Shown: positions 53,922 through 63,674 of the stretch, piece after piece
Position numbering within the stretch: the stretch's first letter is position 1
How the letters are laid out: each line of letters starts with the position of its first letter
The notes under the pieces: model-generated
The model's database searches: none
The model's input: the letters and a program-made list of their open reading frames with translations, nothing else
Told to the model about the DNA's origin: nothing
Assembly: GCA_038845975.1 (NCBI GenBank)
Contig: JAWBQF010000010.1
Location: 12,522-76,521 of the forward strand
Length of the DNA stretch: 64,000 nt
Direction: 5' to 3'
From: Candidatus Methanomethylicia archaeon
Lineage (GTDB): Archaea > Thermoproteota > Methanomethylicia > CALHIW01
Translations under genes and position numbers: made by a program

Positions 53922-55052
53922 ATGAAAATTGGGAAATATATAGATAACATATATACCTGTAATAGAACTAGATGCGGATTCTGTATTGATGAGTGCCCAT
54001 CATATAGGGAAATAGGAGTTGACTTCTATACTTCAAGAGGAAGACTAATAATTGGTAGGGGATTAATTGAAGGAATAATTAAGCCATCACCACAAGTTGC
54101 AAAAACAGTATATGAATGTACACTATGTGGTTATTGCGAGTACAAATGTGCGCTTGAAAACGTTAAAATCCTTGAAGCATTAAGAGGAACTATAAAGGAG
54201 TCAGGATTTGAACCTGAACAATGCAAATATATTATCGCATCACTACATAATAATGAAAACCCATACATGAAACCAAAACGGAATAGAGGACTATGGGTTC
54301 GTGGATTAAATGTAAAAAAGAAAGGTAAAACACTATACTTTGCTGGATGTACAGTATCATATTCAAAATATCTTAAAGGCAATGCTAAAAACATAGTGAA
54401 AATACTTCAGAAAATAAGTTTAAACCCAGCTTACCTTGCATCTAGTGAATACTGTTGTGGTGCATTTCTACACATGCTAGGATATGAGGAGGAATTCCAG
54501 AAAAGAGTAGAGAAAAACTATAGGGTAATTAGAAATTCCGGATGTGAAACAATAGTAACTTCATGTCCATTCTGCTATTTAACACTTAAGAAAGAATATA
54601 GTGAAATACTTGGAAGCAAATATGATTTTAAAGTATTACACATAACCCAGGTATTGAAAGAATCTATAGATGATGGTAGGCTAAATCTAATAGTAGAAAT
54701 GAATACTACTGTTACCTATCATGATCCATGTCATCTAGGAAGGTTTATGAAGGTTTTCGAGGAGCCTAGAGAAGTTATTAAAGCAATTCCTGGCATAAAC
54801 CTTATTGAAATGAGGAAAAATAGATTTGATTCCCACTGCTGTGGAGGTGGAGGAGTACTTCTAGCAATAAATCCAGATATAGCGTTTTCAATAAATAGTA
54901 AAAGACTAAGTGAAGCTATTGAAACAGGAGCTAAAGCTATAGTTTCATCATGTCCAATATGCGTGGAAATGTTTAAACGTAAAATAAAATATGAAAATAT
55001 TAAGTTTAAAGCATACGATATAGTAGAGCTTGTAGCTAAAGCAGTAGGATAA
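53922..55052 (+). CDS. Fe-S oxidoreductase with CCG domains (GlcF/HdrD-like)
   Basis: Two ferredoxin motifs, YFAGC, CCG, SCPFC, YHDPCHL, CCGGGG. Confidence 0.9.
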   Translation: MKIGKYIDNIYTCNRTRCGFCIDECPSYREIGVDFYTSRGRLIIGRGLIEGIIKPSPQVAKTVYECTLCGYCEYKCALENVKILEALRGTIKESGFEPEQCKYIIASLHNNENPYMKPKRNRGLWVRGLNVKKKGKTLYFAGCTVSYSKYLKGNAKNIVKILQKISLNPAYLASSEYCCGAFLHMLGYEEEFQKRVEKNYRVIRNSGCETIVTSCPFCYLTLKKEYSEILGSKYDFKVLHITQVLKESIDDGRLNLIVEMNTTVTYHDPCHLGRFMKVFEEPREVIKAIPGINLIEMRKNRFDSHCCGGGGVLLAINPDIAFSINSKRLSEAIETGAKAIVSSCPICVEMFKRKIKYENIKFKAYDIVELVAKAVG

Positions 55053-55054
55053 CT

Positions 55055-56566
55055 CTATATTCCCTCCTTAAATCTCCTATAAGTATCATAGTTAACGTAC
55101 TGTAGAAACTTGTTTTCAGCCTGATACCTTACATTAAATCTCTCTATTCTAGATCTCTTATCCATTATTTGTGGTGTAGTTATAAATACATATGCATCAC
55201 TTCCAGCTCCAGAGCCATAGCTTACTAAAAGTATTCTCTCATATGGCTTCGCTACATCAAAGACTGCCGCTAAGCCAAGCGGCGAGGATCCAGCATAGAT
55301 GTTACCAAACCTCCCAACCTGTAATCCTGGAAGATACTGATCCTCTTTAAACCCTAAAATACGTGCAACTCTAATTGGAAAAGGTATGTTTGGTTGATGG
55401 CATACAAAATACTGAATATCATGTGGTTTTAAATTCATTTTCTCCATTATCTTAGATGCGGCCTTAACAATATGTTTAAAATATGCAGGTTCACCTGTAA
55501 ATCTTCCACCATGGCTTGGATATCGTTGACCATCCCTCCTCCAGAAATCAGCAGTATCAGAGGTCACAGAATACCATCCTTCAACTTCAGCTATAACATC
55601 ATATTTCCCAATTATAAATGCTACTGCACCAAATCCAATAAAGAAGTCAAGCTCACCACTCGGAGAATCTCTAGGGAAAGATTGAGAGTTATCTGCACCA
55701 ATAACCATTGTAAACTGAATACCACTTTTCTCGTAGGAAACAAGTGAAACAGCATCTTTTATCATGCTTGTCGCAGCTTTACATGCAAACTCGGTATCTA
55801 TAGCATCAATGCCTTGAACACCATTACTAAGCTTTTCACCAAGATCAAGAACTTGAATAACCTTTGATGCTATTGGCTTAACAGCATAGGGGTTTGATTC
55901 TGTGCCTACGTATACTTTACCTATAAGACTATTATCAACAGCTGAATGTATTAAAGCCCATTTAGCAGCTTCAACAGCAGCTGTTATTGAGTCCTCATCA
56001 AGAAATGGAACAGCTCTAACCATATTACCTTCTTTTATCCTAAATCTTGAAGTATAGAAACCATAGCCTACAATTCCTGGGTTTTCATATACTTTACTTG
56101 GTTTTATAATTTCATAGCGTTGATATGGGTAATACTCATCAGTAAAAGTAAATGTTAATGAAGCTGTTGGAATAATTTCATCTGGACCTACACTATATCT
56201 ACGTCTAAATCTTGGAGTAATCTCCCGGCCTTCAAACATGGAGACTTCAATATTGTCTTTGGGAACTATATAATCAGTAAGTCTTGCTGGAATTCTTATT
56301 TTACCATTATGGAATGATACAATACCATAAATGAATGATTCAAGCTTCCTGAAGCTGTTTGTAGGCTCTCTCACAATAGTACATGTTTCAAGCTCGCCCT
56401 TCTCAAAGAAAAGAGAAAACTCCTCCATTCTCCCTATACTTGCTCTACCACAGTTACCACAGTAGTTTCTAGGTTTAAAATATATGCCACCACATACACC
56501 ACATCTACTACTTCTTAATCTATCTCCAATATATGAAACTCTTCTTTCAATAGGTTCACTGCTCAC
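55055..56566 (-). CDS. DUF35 (Zn-ribbon/OB) fused to archaeal HMG-CoA synthase
   Basis: N-terminal CGVC..PRNYCGNC plus OB fold; HMGS motifs GTESNPYAVKP, EFACKA, HQPN, GNIYAG, SYGSGAG. Confidence 0.88.
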   Translation of the reverse strand: MSSEPIERRVSYIGDRLRSSRCGVCGGIYFKPRNYCGNCGRASIGRMEEFSLFFEKGELETCTIVREPTNSFRKLESFIYGIVSFHNGKIRIPARLTDYIVPKDNIEVSMFEGREITPRFRRRYSVGPDEIIPTASLTFTFTDEYYPYQRYEIIKPSKVYENPGIVGYGFYTSRFRIKEGNMVRAVPFLDEDSITAAVEAAKWALIHSAVDNSLIGKVYVGTESNPYAVKPIASKVIQVLDLGEKLSNGVQGIDAIDTEFACKAATSMIKDAVSLVSYEKSGIQFTMVIGADNSQSFPRDSPSGELDFFIGFGAVAFIIGKYDVIAEVEGWYSVTSDTADFWRRDGQRYPSHGGRFTGEPAYFKHIVKAASKIMEKMNLKPHDIQYFVCHQPNIPFPIRVARILGFKEDQYLPGLQVGRFGNIYAGSSPLGLAAVFDVAKPYERILLVSYGSGAGSDAYVFITTPQIMDKRSRIERFNVRYQAENKFLQYVNYDTYRRFKEGI

Positions 56567-57781
56567 TTAATCACCTCTAAATACGAAGACGTAGGCTTTA
56601 GTACCAAATCCTTCAAGCTCAACTGTTAATCCATGTTTTAATCCATTCTCAACTTTAATCTGTCTATCATTAGATACGCCTCTTAACTGTGAGGTTATTT
56701 CGAATATTTGTGCACCTCCCAATGCTCCAAGAGGATTTCCATCAGCTTTTAAACCACCATTAGTATTAACATATAAAACTCCATTACTGAATTCATAGTA
56801 AAGCTTATTTTTAATGTAGCTATTATAAATGATTTCCCATGATTTACCGCAGCTACAAAAACCTAGATCTTCAAGTAGAATTGCCTCCATAATTGTTGAC
56901 TGATCATAGAGTTCAGCTATTTGAATATCATTTATAGATATTCCGGCTTCACTTAGAGCTTTACTGCCTGCAAGCTTTACAGATTTAAATCCGATTCTTT
57001 GTGGTCTTAGGGTATAGGAAATATAGTCGGTAGCTGAACCTAGACCTACAATATGTATTGGTTTATCTGAGTACTCATATGCGATACGTGGACTAGTAAT
57101 AATAGCTACAGTAGAGCCGTCTGATGGATGGCCAGTTATTGGCGGTGCATAATCATAAATTCCTAGTATGCCTTTAGAAACATATCTAGCATTTAAAACG
57201 TCATCAATTTTAATCTCTCTACCATAAAACTGAGCATATTTATTTTTTGAGCCGAATTTATGGCTCTTAACTGAAACATAGGCTAATGATCTCATAAACT
57301 TATCGTAATACTCTTTTCCTATATTGTAAGTCTTAATGTATTCTCGAAGCATAAGCTCATGACTAGATTCAGGAGTCCCACCACTATAGTAGGTCCAGGG
57401 ATCATAAAGCATCATTAAGTCGTCCCTTATCTTATCAAGCCTATCACTAATCTTCTCAACACCACCAACAAGCACAATATTGTAACGTCCCGAATATATA
57501 GCTAGACACGCATTCATTAAGGCAGAGCTGAATGATCTAAACCTTTCCATTGGGATGTTAAGATTTAGCAGTTCAGCTAAAAATCCTTCTTCAATTCCGA
57601 TTTTATTTGTTACTTGTAGAAAGTAGTCACTAATATATATAGCCTCAATATCCTTCCTTTCAATATTAGCATTTATAAGAGCATTTAGACCTGCCTCCTC
57701 AATAAGATCTTCAGGATCCTTTTCATAATGCTCACCGAAAACAGTTCTTCCAACACCTATAATTGATGAGTATACAACCAT
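56567..57781 (-). CDS. Thiolase-fold (SCP2-type) protein lacking catalytic residues
   Basis: VGGVEK, SDG, EDLGF, NTNGGLK scaffold; no nucleophile Cys, YDQS in place of HDCF, GNP in place of GHP; start set at ATG 57781. Confidence 0.85.
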   Translation of the reverse strand: MVVYSSIIGVGRTVFGEHYEKDPEDLIEEAGLNALINANIERKDIEAIYISDYFLQVTNKIGIEEGFLAELLNLNIPMERFRSFSSALMNACLAIYSGRYNIVLVGGVEKISDRLDKIRDDLMMLYDPWTYYSGGTPESSHELMLREYIKTYNIGKEYYDKFMRSLAYVSVKSHKFGSKNKYAQFYGREIKIDDVLNARYVSKGILGIYDYAPPITGHPSDGSTVAIITSPRIAYEYSDKPIHIVGLGSATDYISYTLRPQRIGFKSVKLAGSKALSEAGISINDIQIAELYDQSTIMEAILLEDLGFCSCGKSWEIIYNSYIKNKLYYEFSNGVLYVNTNGGLKADGNPLGALGGAQIFEITSQLRGVSNDRQIKVENGLKHGLTVELEGFGTKAYVFVFRGD

Positions 57782-58095
57782 ATTAACACCACTTATATAA
57801 ATTGTCGAATATTGCATATGATTTAGTCGTACAACTACGATAGCAAACACCCTAATAAACTTATTGGTATTTAGATGAATAGCAACTTAAGGATTTAATT
57901 AGGAAGCTGAATTATTAGTTTCTAAATGATGAAGCTTAATATAATTGGATGGTTAATAGGATAAACTACATTTAAAAGCTAGAAGTTTAAGACTTGTTAT
58001 TTAGAAATAATGAAGTTCATAATAATTTTAATGGATGTAGTAGCTTATAATTAAAAAGTGGAATATAAACATTGTATCGTCACATTTTCTAGTTG

Positions 58096-58708
58096 GGACC
58101 TGGCAGCTTAAGCTCATTTTCTAGGTGGTTGTAGATTGTATGAATAGTTTATGAGTTCTAGTATTCATTTTTCTCTTATCTATGATTTTATTTATTGGTT
58201 TGATGTTATGTTGAGTATTTTGTTCTTTACTGAATGATGAGTATCTTATCTACTATAATTCTCCTATGAATTTTAACGATGATGGTTTATTTCTTGAGAG
58301 GTTTTGAAGCCATAATCTAATATCAATGAAAACCTATACTCATCACAATACCTCATTAATAATTAAACATCATAATATTCCCTTAAATACCTTCACAACT
58401 ATTACTTCACCCCTAAATACCTAAATAACTCAATAATCTACACTAGCATTAACCCCAGTCCCACCTATACCCTAGGAATGATCCACACTCACCCCTAAAC
58501 CTATTCACCCACCTACCAAAACATCCAGAAACCCATAACCAAATAATACTCCAACTCCTCAAACTAGACATCCGAATATGGAAGCTAGCAGAATCTTAAC
58601 ATCCAACGGAACCTTACTATCTCAAAAACTCCAAGATCCATATAAACCCTAATACTAACATAAAAACAATAAAAGCAGAACTTATATAACTTCTAAGTTG
58701 CTACGTCT
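58096..58708 (-). mobile_element. Decayed IS6-family element (family B), 613 bp
   Basis: TIRs GGACCTGGCAGCTTAAG / CTAAGTTGCTACGTCT; minus-strand relic SKVPLDVKIL resembling an archaeal IS6 transposase N-terminus; no DR. Confidence 0.72.
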
Positions 58709-58754
58709 AGATTTTATAGAGTTAGGTTTAAATGTTTGCATATTTGTTCAAATT

Positions 58755-58808
58755 GTGATGAAAGAAGAGCCACCTGAGCTTGTCGATGAGGATCCTGTTA
58801 TTCTCTGA
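58755..58808 (+). ncRNA. C/D-box guide sRNA, predicted 23S rRNA targets
   Basis: GTGATGA-AAGAAGAGCCAC-CTGA-GCTTGTC-GATGAG-GATCCTGTTATTCT-CTGA; D guide complements conserved 23S GGGAUAACAGG. Confidence 0.85.
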
Positions 58809-58862
58809 ATTTCGCTGCTACTTGTAGTGAAGTATATAAGCATGCTATGTATGTGTTTTTTT

Positions 58863-60257
58863 ATGAGTGAGCTTTGGCCATGGATTATTCCCTTACCTGC
58901 TAAAACCGATGAACAGTATCAAGTTCTTACATCCATATTTAGTAGTAAAGTTGCTACTAGCATCGTTAAGTGTATTAGGCTTTATGATAAGACCTATCAG
59001 AAAGAAATTATTGGGGCTACAGGTTTTTCTAAGAAGGCTGTTTTAAATGTTCTCAATAGGCTTGTTAAATTTAATATTTTAAATGAGGGTACTGAAAGAG
59101 TTGAAAGGAATGGTCGTAAATACTGGGTTAAATGGTATACTCCAACATTTCTTGGTAAATGGCTTATCCTTCTTTTAACTCCTATTGAGAAAATTAATCG
59201 TGAAGACCTTCATGAGATTCTTAGTAATCTCTTTAACCTATATGCTACCAGTCTTGCTAAGCTATGCTTAAAACTTAATATGGATTTTAATCAATACTAT
59301 GTATCTTTAAATAAAGCATATTTTAATGAGCTTTCTAAAGTCTTAATGAATACTAAAAAGCATTGTAGTGTAGCTGTCTTCGGGTCTTCAGCTCTGGATT
59401 ATATTATATCACTAGATGAATTCCCTAAATCTGATGAGGTTAGAATTGGTAGGGAGATATCTATATCCCCTGGAGGATCATCAGCTAATGTTGCTGTTGC
59501 TTTAAGTAGACTTAAAGTACCTACTGCATTTATAGGTAAGATAGGGTCTGATGATATTGGCCGTATAGTTATTAAGAGTCTTATTAATGAAGGTATTGAT
59601 TTATCTTCTGTTATAATTGAGGATAAGAGAACACCCTATGCTATAGTGGTTATTAAGAATGGATTTGATAAAAGAATTATTGTACCGTTATCTGATAATA
59701 TGTGTCTCTCAATATCTAATCCATCAGAGATTAACTGGTCTATTGTTGATGAGGTTAAGCTTATATATATTGGTGAAGTTTTCATCGAAGCTGCTTCAGC
59801 ATTATCTTCATATGCTAGGTCTAAAGATAAAATTGTAGTTTACCGCCCATCAACTCCCTTTCTCAATATGGGTTTTGAAAAGCTTAAACCAGTATTTGAA
59901 AATACAGATATTCTTATAACCAACATGTATGGCTGGTCGTTAATTTGTAAATCATCTTGTAAAAAGCTAAGATATGATGACTTTATAAGTGTTGGTGTTA
60001 AGTATCTGATTATAACTAAGGGTGGTGATGGAGTTGATGTTGCTACGGAGAATTATGTAAAAACTTTTCCAAGTATTAAAGCTAATATTGTAGATACATC
60101 CTATGCCGGTGATGTATTTTCAGCTGGTTTAATAAAAGCTTTACTTGATGGTAGTAGTATTGATGAAGCTATAAATTACGCTAGTAGAGTATCTGCAATA
60201 TCTATTTCACGTACAGGTGGACGTAGTAAAATTCCATTCCTTGAGGAGTTGACTTAG
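58863..60257 (+). CDS. wHTH fused to PfkB-family carbohydrate kinase
   Basis: N-terminal wHTH (YQKEII..FSKKAVLNVLNRLV); PGGSSANVAVALSRL, VDTSYAGD; ATG 58863 preferred to 58827. Confidence 0.85.
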   Translation: MSELWPWIIPLPAKTDEQYQVLTSIFSSKVATSIVKCIRLYDKTYQKEIIGATGFSKKAVLNVLNRLVKFNILNEGTERVERNGRKYWVKWYTPTFLGKWLILLLTPIEKINREDLHEILSNLFNLYATSLAKLCLKLNMDFNQYYVSLNKAYFNELSKVLMNTKKHCSVAVFGSSALDYIISLDEFPKSDEVRIGREISISPGGSSANVAVALSRLKVPTAFIGKIGSDDIGRIVIKSLINEGIDLSSVIIEDKRTPYAIVVIKNGFDKRIIVPLSDNMCLSISNPSEINWSIVDEVKLIYIGEVFIEAASALSSYARSKDKIVVYRPSTPFLNMGFEKLKPVFENTDILITNMYGWSLICKSSCKKLRYDDFISVGVKYLIITKGGDGVDVATENYVKTFPSIKANIVDTSYAGDVFSAGLIKALLDGSSIDEAINYASRVSAISISRTGGRSKIPFLEELT

Positions 60258-61360
60258 CTTCCTAAAATTCTACTTAATTGTTGTTTTATTGAATTTATTA
60301 CTGATGTTACTGGCTTAATTGTATTTAAAGCTATTAGGGCTACAGCAGCTGATGGTGTTGCTATTGATATTTCTCTTCCAAAAATGTCTGATAGACATAC
60401 AATCCTACTTAATCCTAATCTCTCAGCCGCTTTCCTAGCTAATATCTTCTCACCTAACCCCATGGTAAGTATTGGAGGCTCCTCTACACATTCTTCTATG
60501 ATTCTTGTGTAGACTTGATGAATTCCCTCAGCTATTTGCTCTATTTGTTTATCATATATGTATTTAGCTATATTTATAATATCTCTCTCTGAAAGCATAT
60601 CTACATCTGCACATACTATTCGTGCTATTCTAGCTAAGCATTCAGTCCTGGTTTTACCTCTACCATCAGCTGTTTCTGTTGTGTAATCTTCCTCTTTAAT
60701 GTTGTTGAGAACTAGATGTACATCCCCTGTTAATGCAAATAGTTCTGACGATACTCTAGCATATCTTCCTCTAACAGGTACTTTACTAATTATTGTTGCA
60801 ACGTTTGTCCTTAATACTCCTGTATATATTAGCTCACCGTTAATGAGTTTTTCAAGATCGTTCATGCCTTCAGCTCTACAAATCCTATTAACTATTGGTA
60901 TTATTGAGCATGTGGTACTACCAACATCAACGCCTATACATGTATTCATAATCCTTGATAATAACCAGCCTGTTGCTGCCCAATTTGAAGCTGCAACCTT
61001 ATTAGGTTTTTTCCTAGCTTCATCAGCACTGAAAATATTTAAATCATTACTTACAACCTTAATTTTTTCATTACCATATATGGACTCCATACAATTTATG
61101 ATATGTTCTATACCCTCCCTCTTTGTAAAGTATATGTCTGAAAGCTCAGCTGTCATTGTTAACCCGATGACATCAATATCCAATTTTCCAGCTATCCTGT
61201 CATGTATCTCTCTGATTTTTAATGAAAGATTTTCTTTGCCTTTACGCCAGATTGGAAAGTACTCCTTAATAGATCTTATGTGAAATCCATCATTTTCAAG
61301 CTTAACTAGACATGCCTTAATATTCGCCCCACCTACATCCCAGCCTATAGATGAAGGCAT
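60254..61360 (-). CDS. mfnF: MfnF-like / H4MPT-linked C1 pathway protein (hydantoinase-A fold)
   Basis: GWDVGGANIK, TMTAELSD, ASNW, DVGSTT, YTGVLRT, ETADGRGK. Confidence 0.8.
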   Translation of the reverse strand: MPSSIGWDVGGANIKACLVKLENDGFHIRSIKEYFPIWRKGKENLSLKIREIHDRIAGKLDIDVIGLTMTAELSDIYFTKREGIEHIINCMESIYGNEKIKVVSNDLNIFSADEARKKPNKVAASNWAATGWLLSRIMNTCIGVDVGSTTCSIIPIVNRICRAEGMNDLEKLINGELIYTGVLRTNVATIISKVPVRGRYARVSSELFALTGDVHLVLNNIKEEDYTTETADGRGKTRTECLARIARIVCADVDMLSERDIINIAKYIYDKQIEQIAEGIHQVYTRIIEECVEEPPILTMGLGEKILARKAAERLGLSRIVCLSDIFGREISIATPSAAVALIALNTIKPVTSVINSIKQQLSRILGS

Positions 61361-61371
61361 AGTTTTAAAAT

Positions 61372-62586
61372 CTATACATTAATAAAGCTTTTACTATTGA
61401 AGTAGTCTTCAACTTCTAGTTTTAGTCTTTCAACTTCTCTTTCAGTTTTCTCTACTGTTATACTGTTTGCAGTTATTAATGCTAATTCTTCCCCCCTCTT
61501 AACACTGTTTAATACAACAATGGGGTTTATGAATACGTTATCCCTACCAATGAATCTATCTAGAGTTTTAACTTTTACCTTTCTTTTAGCCTTTATCTTC
61601 CTAATTATTGAGTATCCACTATACTCTATATTTACATCAACATTTCTATTTACAACCATATTTGGTATGTTTATGTTAACTACCCTTCTAAGACCTATAT
61701 AAGATGTTGTTATTCTAGGATTTACATCTACTATGTATGGTATATTGTTTGAAATTATAAAGTCTAAGCCAATGAATCCATTTAAGCATTTTAACCTTCT
61801 TGTAGCCTCTACCAGAGTATTTAATATTTTTCCATCTAGCTTTATAGGAATTAATCCACCATTATATGACGATTCCCCCTCTGGAGGTTTTAAATCTACA
61901 TATTGAAGATTTATTGATAGTACTTTAACGTTTAATCCATCACCTACAATGCATGCACTAGCATTAACTCCATCAATAAATTCCTGAATTATAAAGTAGT
62001 TTTTTAAGGTATTGTTTTTAGCTTTAATTATTGCTTTCTCCATATCACTAATATTATTAATTAATGAAACCCCAATACATCCAACTCCATCAACTGGCTT
62101 GATAACAAATGGGGGTTTAATTCTTCTAGTTTTCATTAATATCTCCTCAAGTTTAAATGTTGACTTAACTGTTTTAGGTGTTGATATATTTTCTCTTCTT
62201 AACGCTTTATATAGTAAATACTTGTTTGAACATGTCTTTACTACTTCTAAACACGGTCCAATACTTTTTCCACCAGCTCTTTCTATTATACCTATGATTT
62301 CTGGAAGTTTTTGCGCTGGGGCTATAACAATTGTATAGTTGAACTGACTTGCAAGCCTTTTAAGTTTTATATATGGGTTCTCATGCTTACCAATTAATAG
62401 TATTTCATCTGCTTCGATAGGATATATATTTTGAATTTCACTACTTACCATTATAGTAGTATTATGCTTTGAGCTAAGATCCCTACTAATACATTTAAGC
62501 ATAGCATACCCCTCCATAGCTGCTCTAAACTCCTTCCAACTGCTAAAACCGCTAGTAGCATATTCTAAAACTAGAATTGACGCCAT
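61372..62586 (-). CDS. ATP-grasp ligase, MfnD (tyramine-glutamate ligase)-like
   Basis: LEYAT..EGYAML, IKPVDGVG, QEFIDG, VDVNPRITTSYIGL; adjacent to mfnF. Confidence 0.75.
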   Translation of the reverse strand: MASILVLEYATSGFSSWKEFRAAMEGYAMLKCISRDLSSKHNTTIMVSSEIQNIYPIEADEILLIGKHENPYIKLKRLASQFNYTIVIAPAQKLPEIIGIIERAGGKSIGPCLEVVKTCSNKYLLYKALRRENISTPKTVKSTFKLEEILMKTRRIKPPFVIKPVDGVGCIGVSLINNISDMEKAIIKAKNNTLKNYFIIQEFIDGVNASACIVGDGLNVKVLSINLQYVDLKPPEGESSYNGGLIPIKLDGKILNTLVEATRRLKCLNGFIGLDFIISNNIPYIVDVNPRITTSYIGLRRVVNINIPNMVVNRNVDVNIEYSGYSIIRKIKAKRKVKVKTLDRFIGRDNVFINPIVVLNSVKRGEELALITANSITVEKTEREVERLKLEVEDYFNSKSFINV

Positions 62587-62631
62587 TTACCCACACTCAT
62601 AGCATCAGGACCATGTTAAATATTACCTAGT

Positions 62632-63318
62632 CTACGTAAGTAATGCGGCAATAATTCCGGTTAGGAATATTCCATCAAATGTTCCAGCTCCCCCTATACT
62701 TACTACTGGAGCTCTAAGCTTCGGTATCTTGTCTATATTTAGTAGATCTGCCCCTATTAATGTTCCAAGCGTTCCTGAAATGTATGCTACTACTGGACTT
62801 CCTCCTCCAGTAATAAACGCTGCAAGTACAGCTACTATTGGTGGAATTAATGTTGGTATTGCTATTCCAAGTCCTCTTACAGGTCTTGCTACACCATGTA
62901 TTACTATGGTTGTAATCACCGTTGCTAATGTAATGCTTGGTAGTATTGCTATGTCTACCATGATAAGATATACTGATACCAATATTGGAATTAAGGCTCC
63001 CCCGACATTTACTGCTACAATTGTTTCTAAAGCTTGCTCCTCAATATATGGTGTAGGATAACGTACTCCAAAGAATTCTATAAATCCTAAGTTAATAACA
63101 GGAATTTCCGTTCTTATCCTATGTATTGGAATGTTTATAATGCTTCCAATAAGTGATGCTACTAGTAGGAAAGCAATTATTTTAGGACTGAATCCAAGTT
63201 TTCTAAACGCTACTCCAATAACATCTATAAATATAAGAAATGTGAAAAGCATTAACAAAATTAAAAACAACATCATAAATGGTATTGTAACTGGTGGATA
63301 GAGAATATGTTTACTCAA
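62632..63318 (-). CDS. DUF1614 membrane protein
   Basis: GSIINIP, AVNVGGALIP, GTLIGADL, SIGGAGTFDGIF. Confidence 0.9.
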   Translation of the reverse strand: MSKHILYPPVTIPFMMLFLILLMLFTFLIFIDVIGVAFRKLGFSPKIIAFLLVASLIGSIINIPIHRIRTEIPVINLGFIEFFGVRYPTPYIEEQALETIVAVNVGGALIPILVSVYLIMVDIAILPSITLATVITTIVIHGVARPVRGLGIAIPTLIPPIVAVLAAFITGGGSPVVAYISGTLGTLIGADLLNIDKIPKLRAPVVSIGGAGTFDGIFLTGIIAALLT

Positions 63319-63373
63319 ACTTACACCATATAACTTTAGATTTATAGCTAATATTCTTTACTAATTTAGAAAT

Positions 63374-63674
63374 TGCTTTGTAAATTTAAGTATATTTTAT
63401 TACCTCAACAGCCCCTAATTCTCCTCCTATTAAATTCAAATAGGAAGTTTAAAGATCTAAACCATAATATAGATTTCTAACCCTACAGTAATAAGCTTAG
63501 AATATCTGAAGCCCATTCTAAATAAATATATAGGTACCATAAAGCTAGAGTAAATGGAGTTTCCTCCCCAATAAACATTTTTAGACATAACTCTCTAAAT
63601 AAGAAATATACATCTATACATCTTGACTTTATCTCTAAATAAGAGATAAACTCCCAAATAAAGTTCATAAAGCC
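63374..63674 (-). mobile_element. 301-bp internally deleted IS6 family-A derivative
   Basis: TGCTTTGTAAATTTAAG...AAGTTCATAAAGCC ends, DR TTAGAAAT/TTAGAGAT (7/8), retains a transposase 5' relic (ETPF..LYIY..ASDILS). Confidence 0.72.

Noticed and set aside
1931-63061. Numerous 60-190 aa ORFs antisense to confident genes (e.g. 1931, 2577, 17526, 31897, 35581, 60699, 62729)
   Set aside because: Shadow frames fully overlapping well-supported genes, with no motifs
63483-63668. 61-aa ORF
   Set aside because: Transposase relic within the 63374-63674 element
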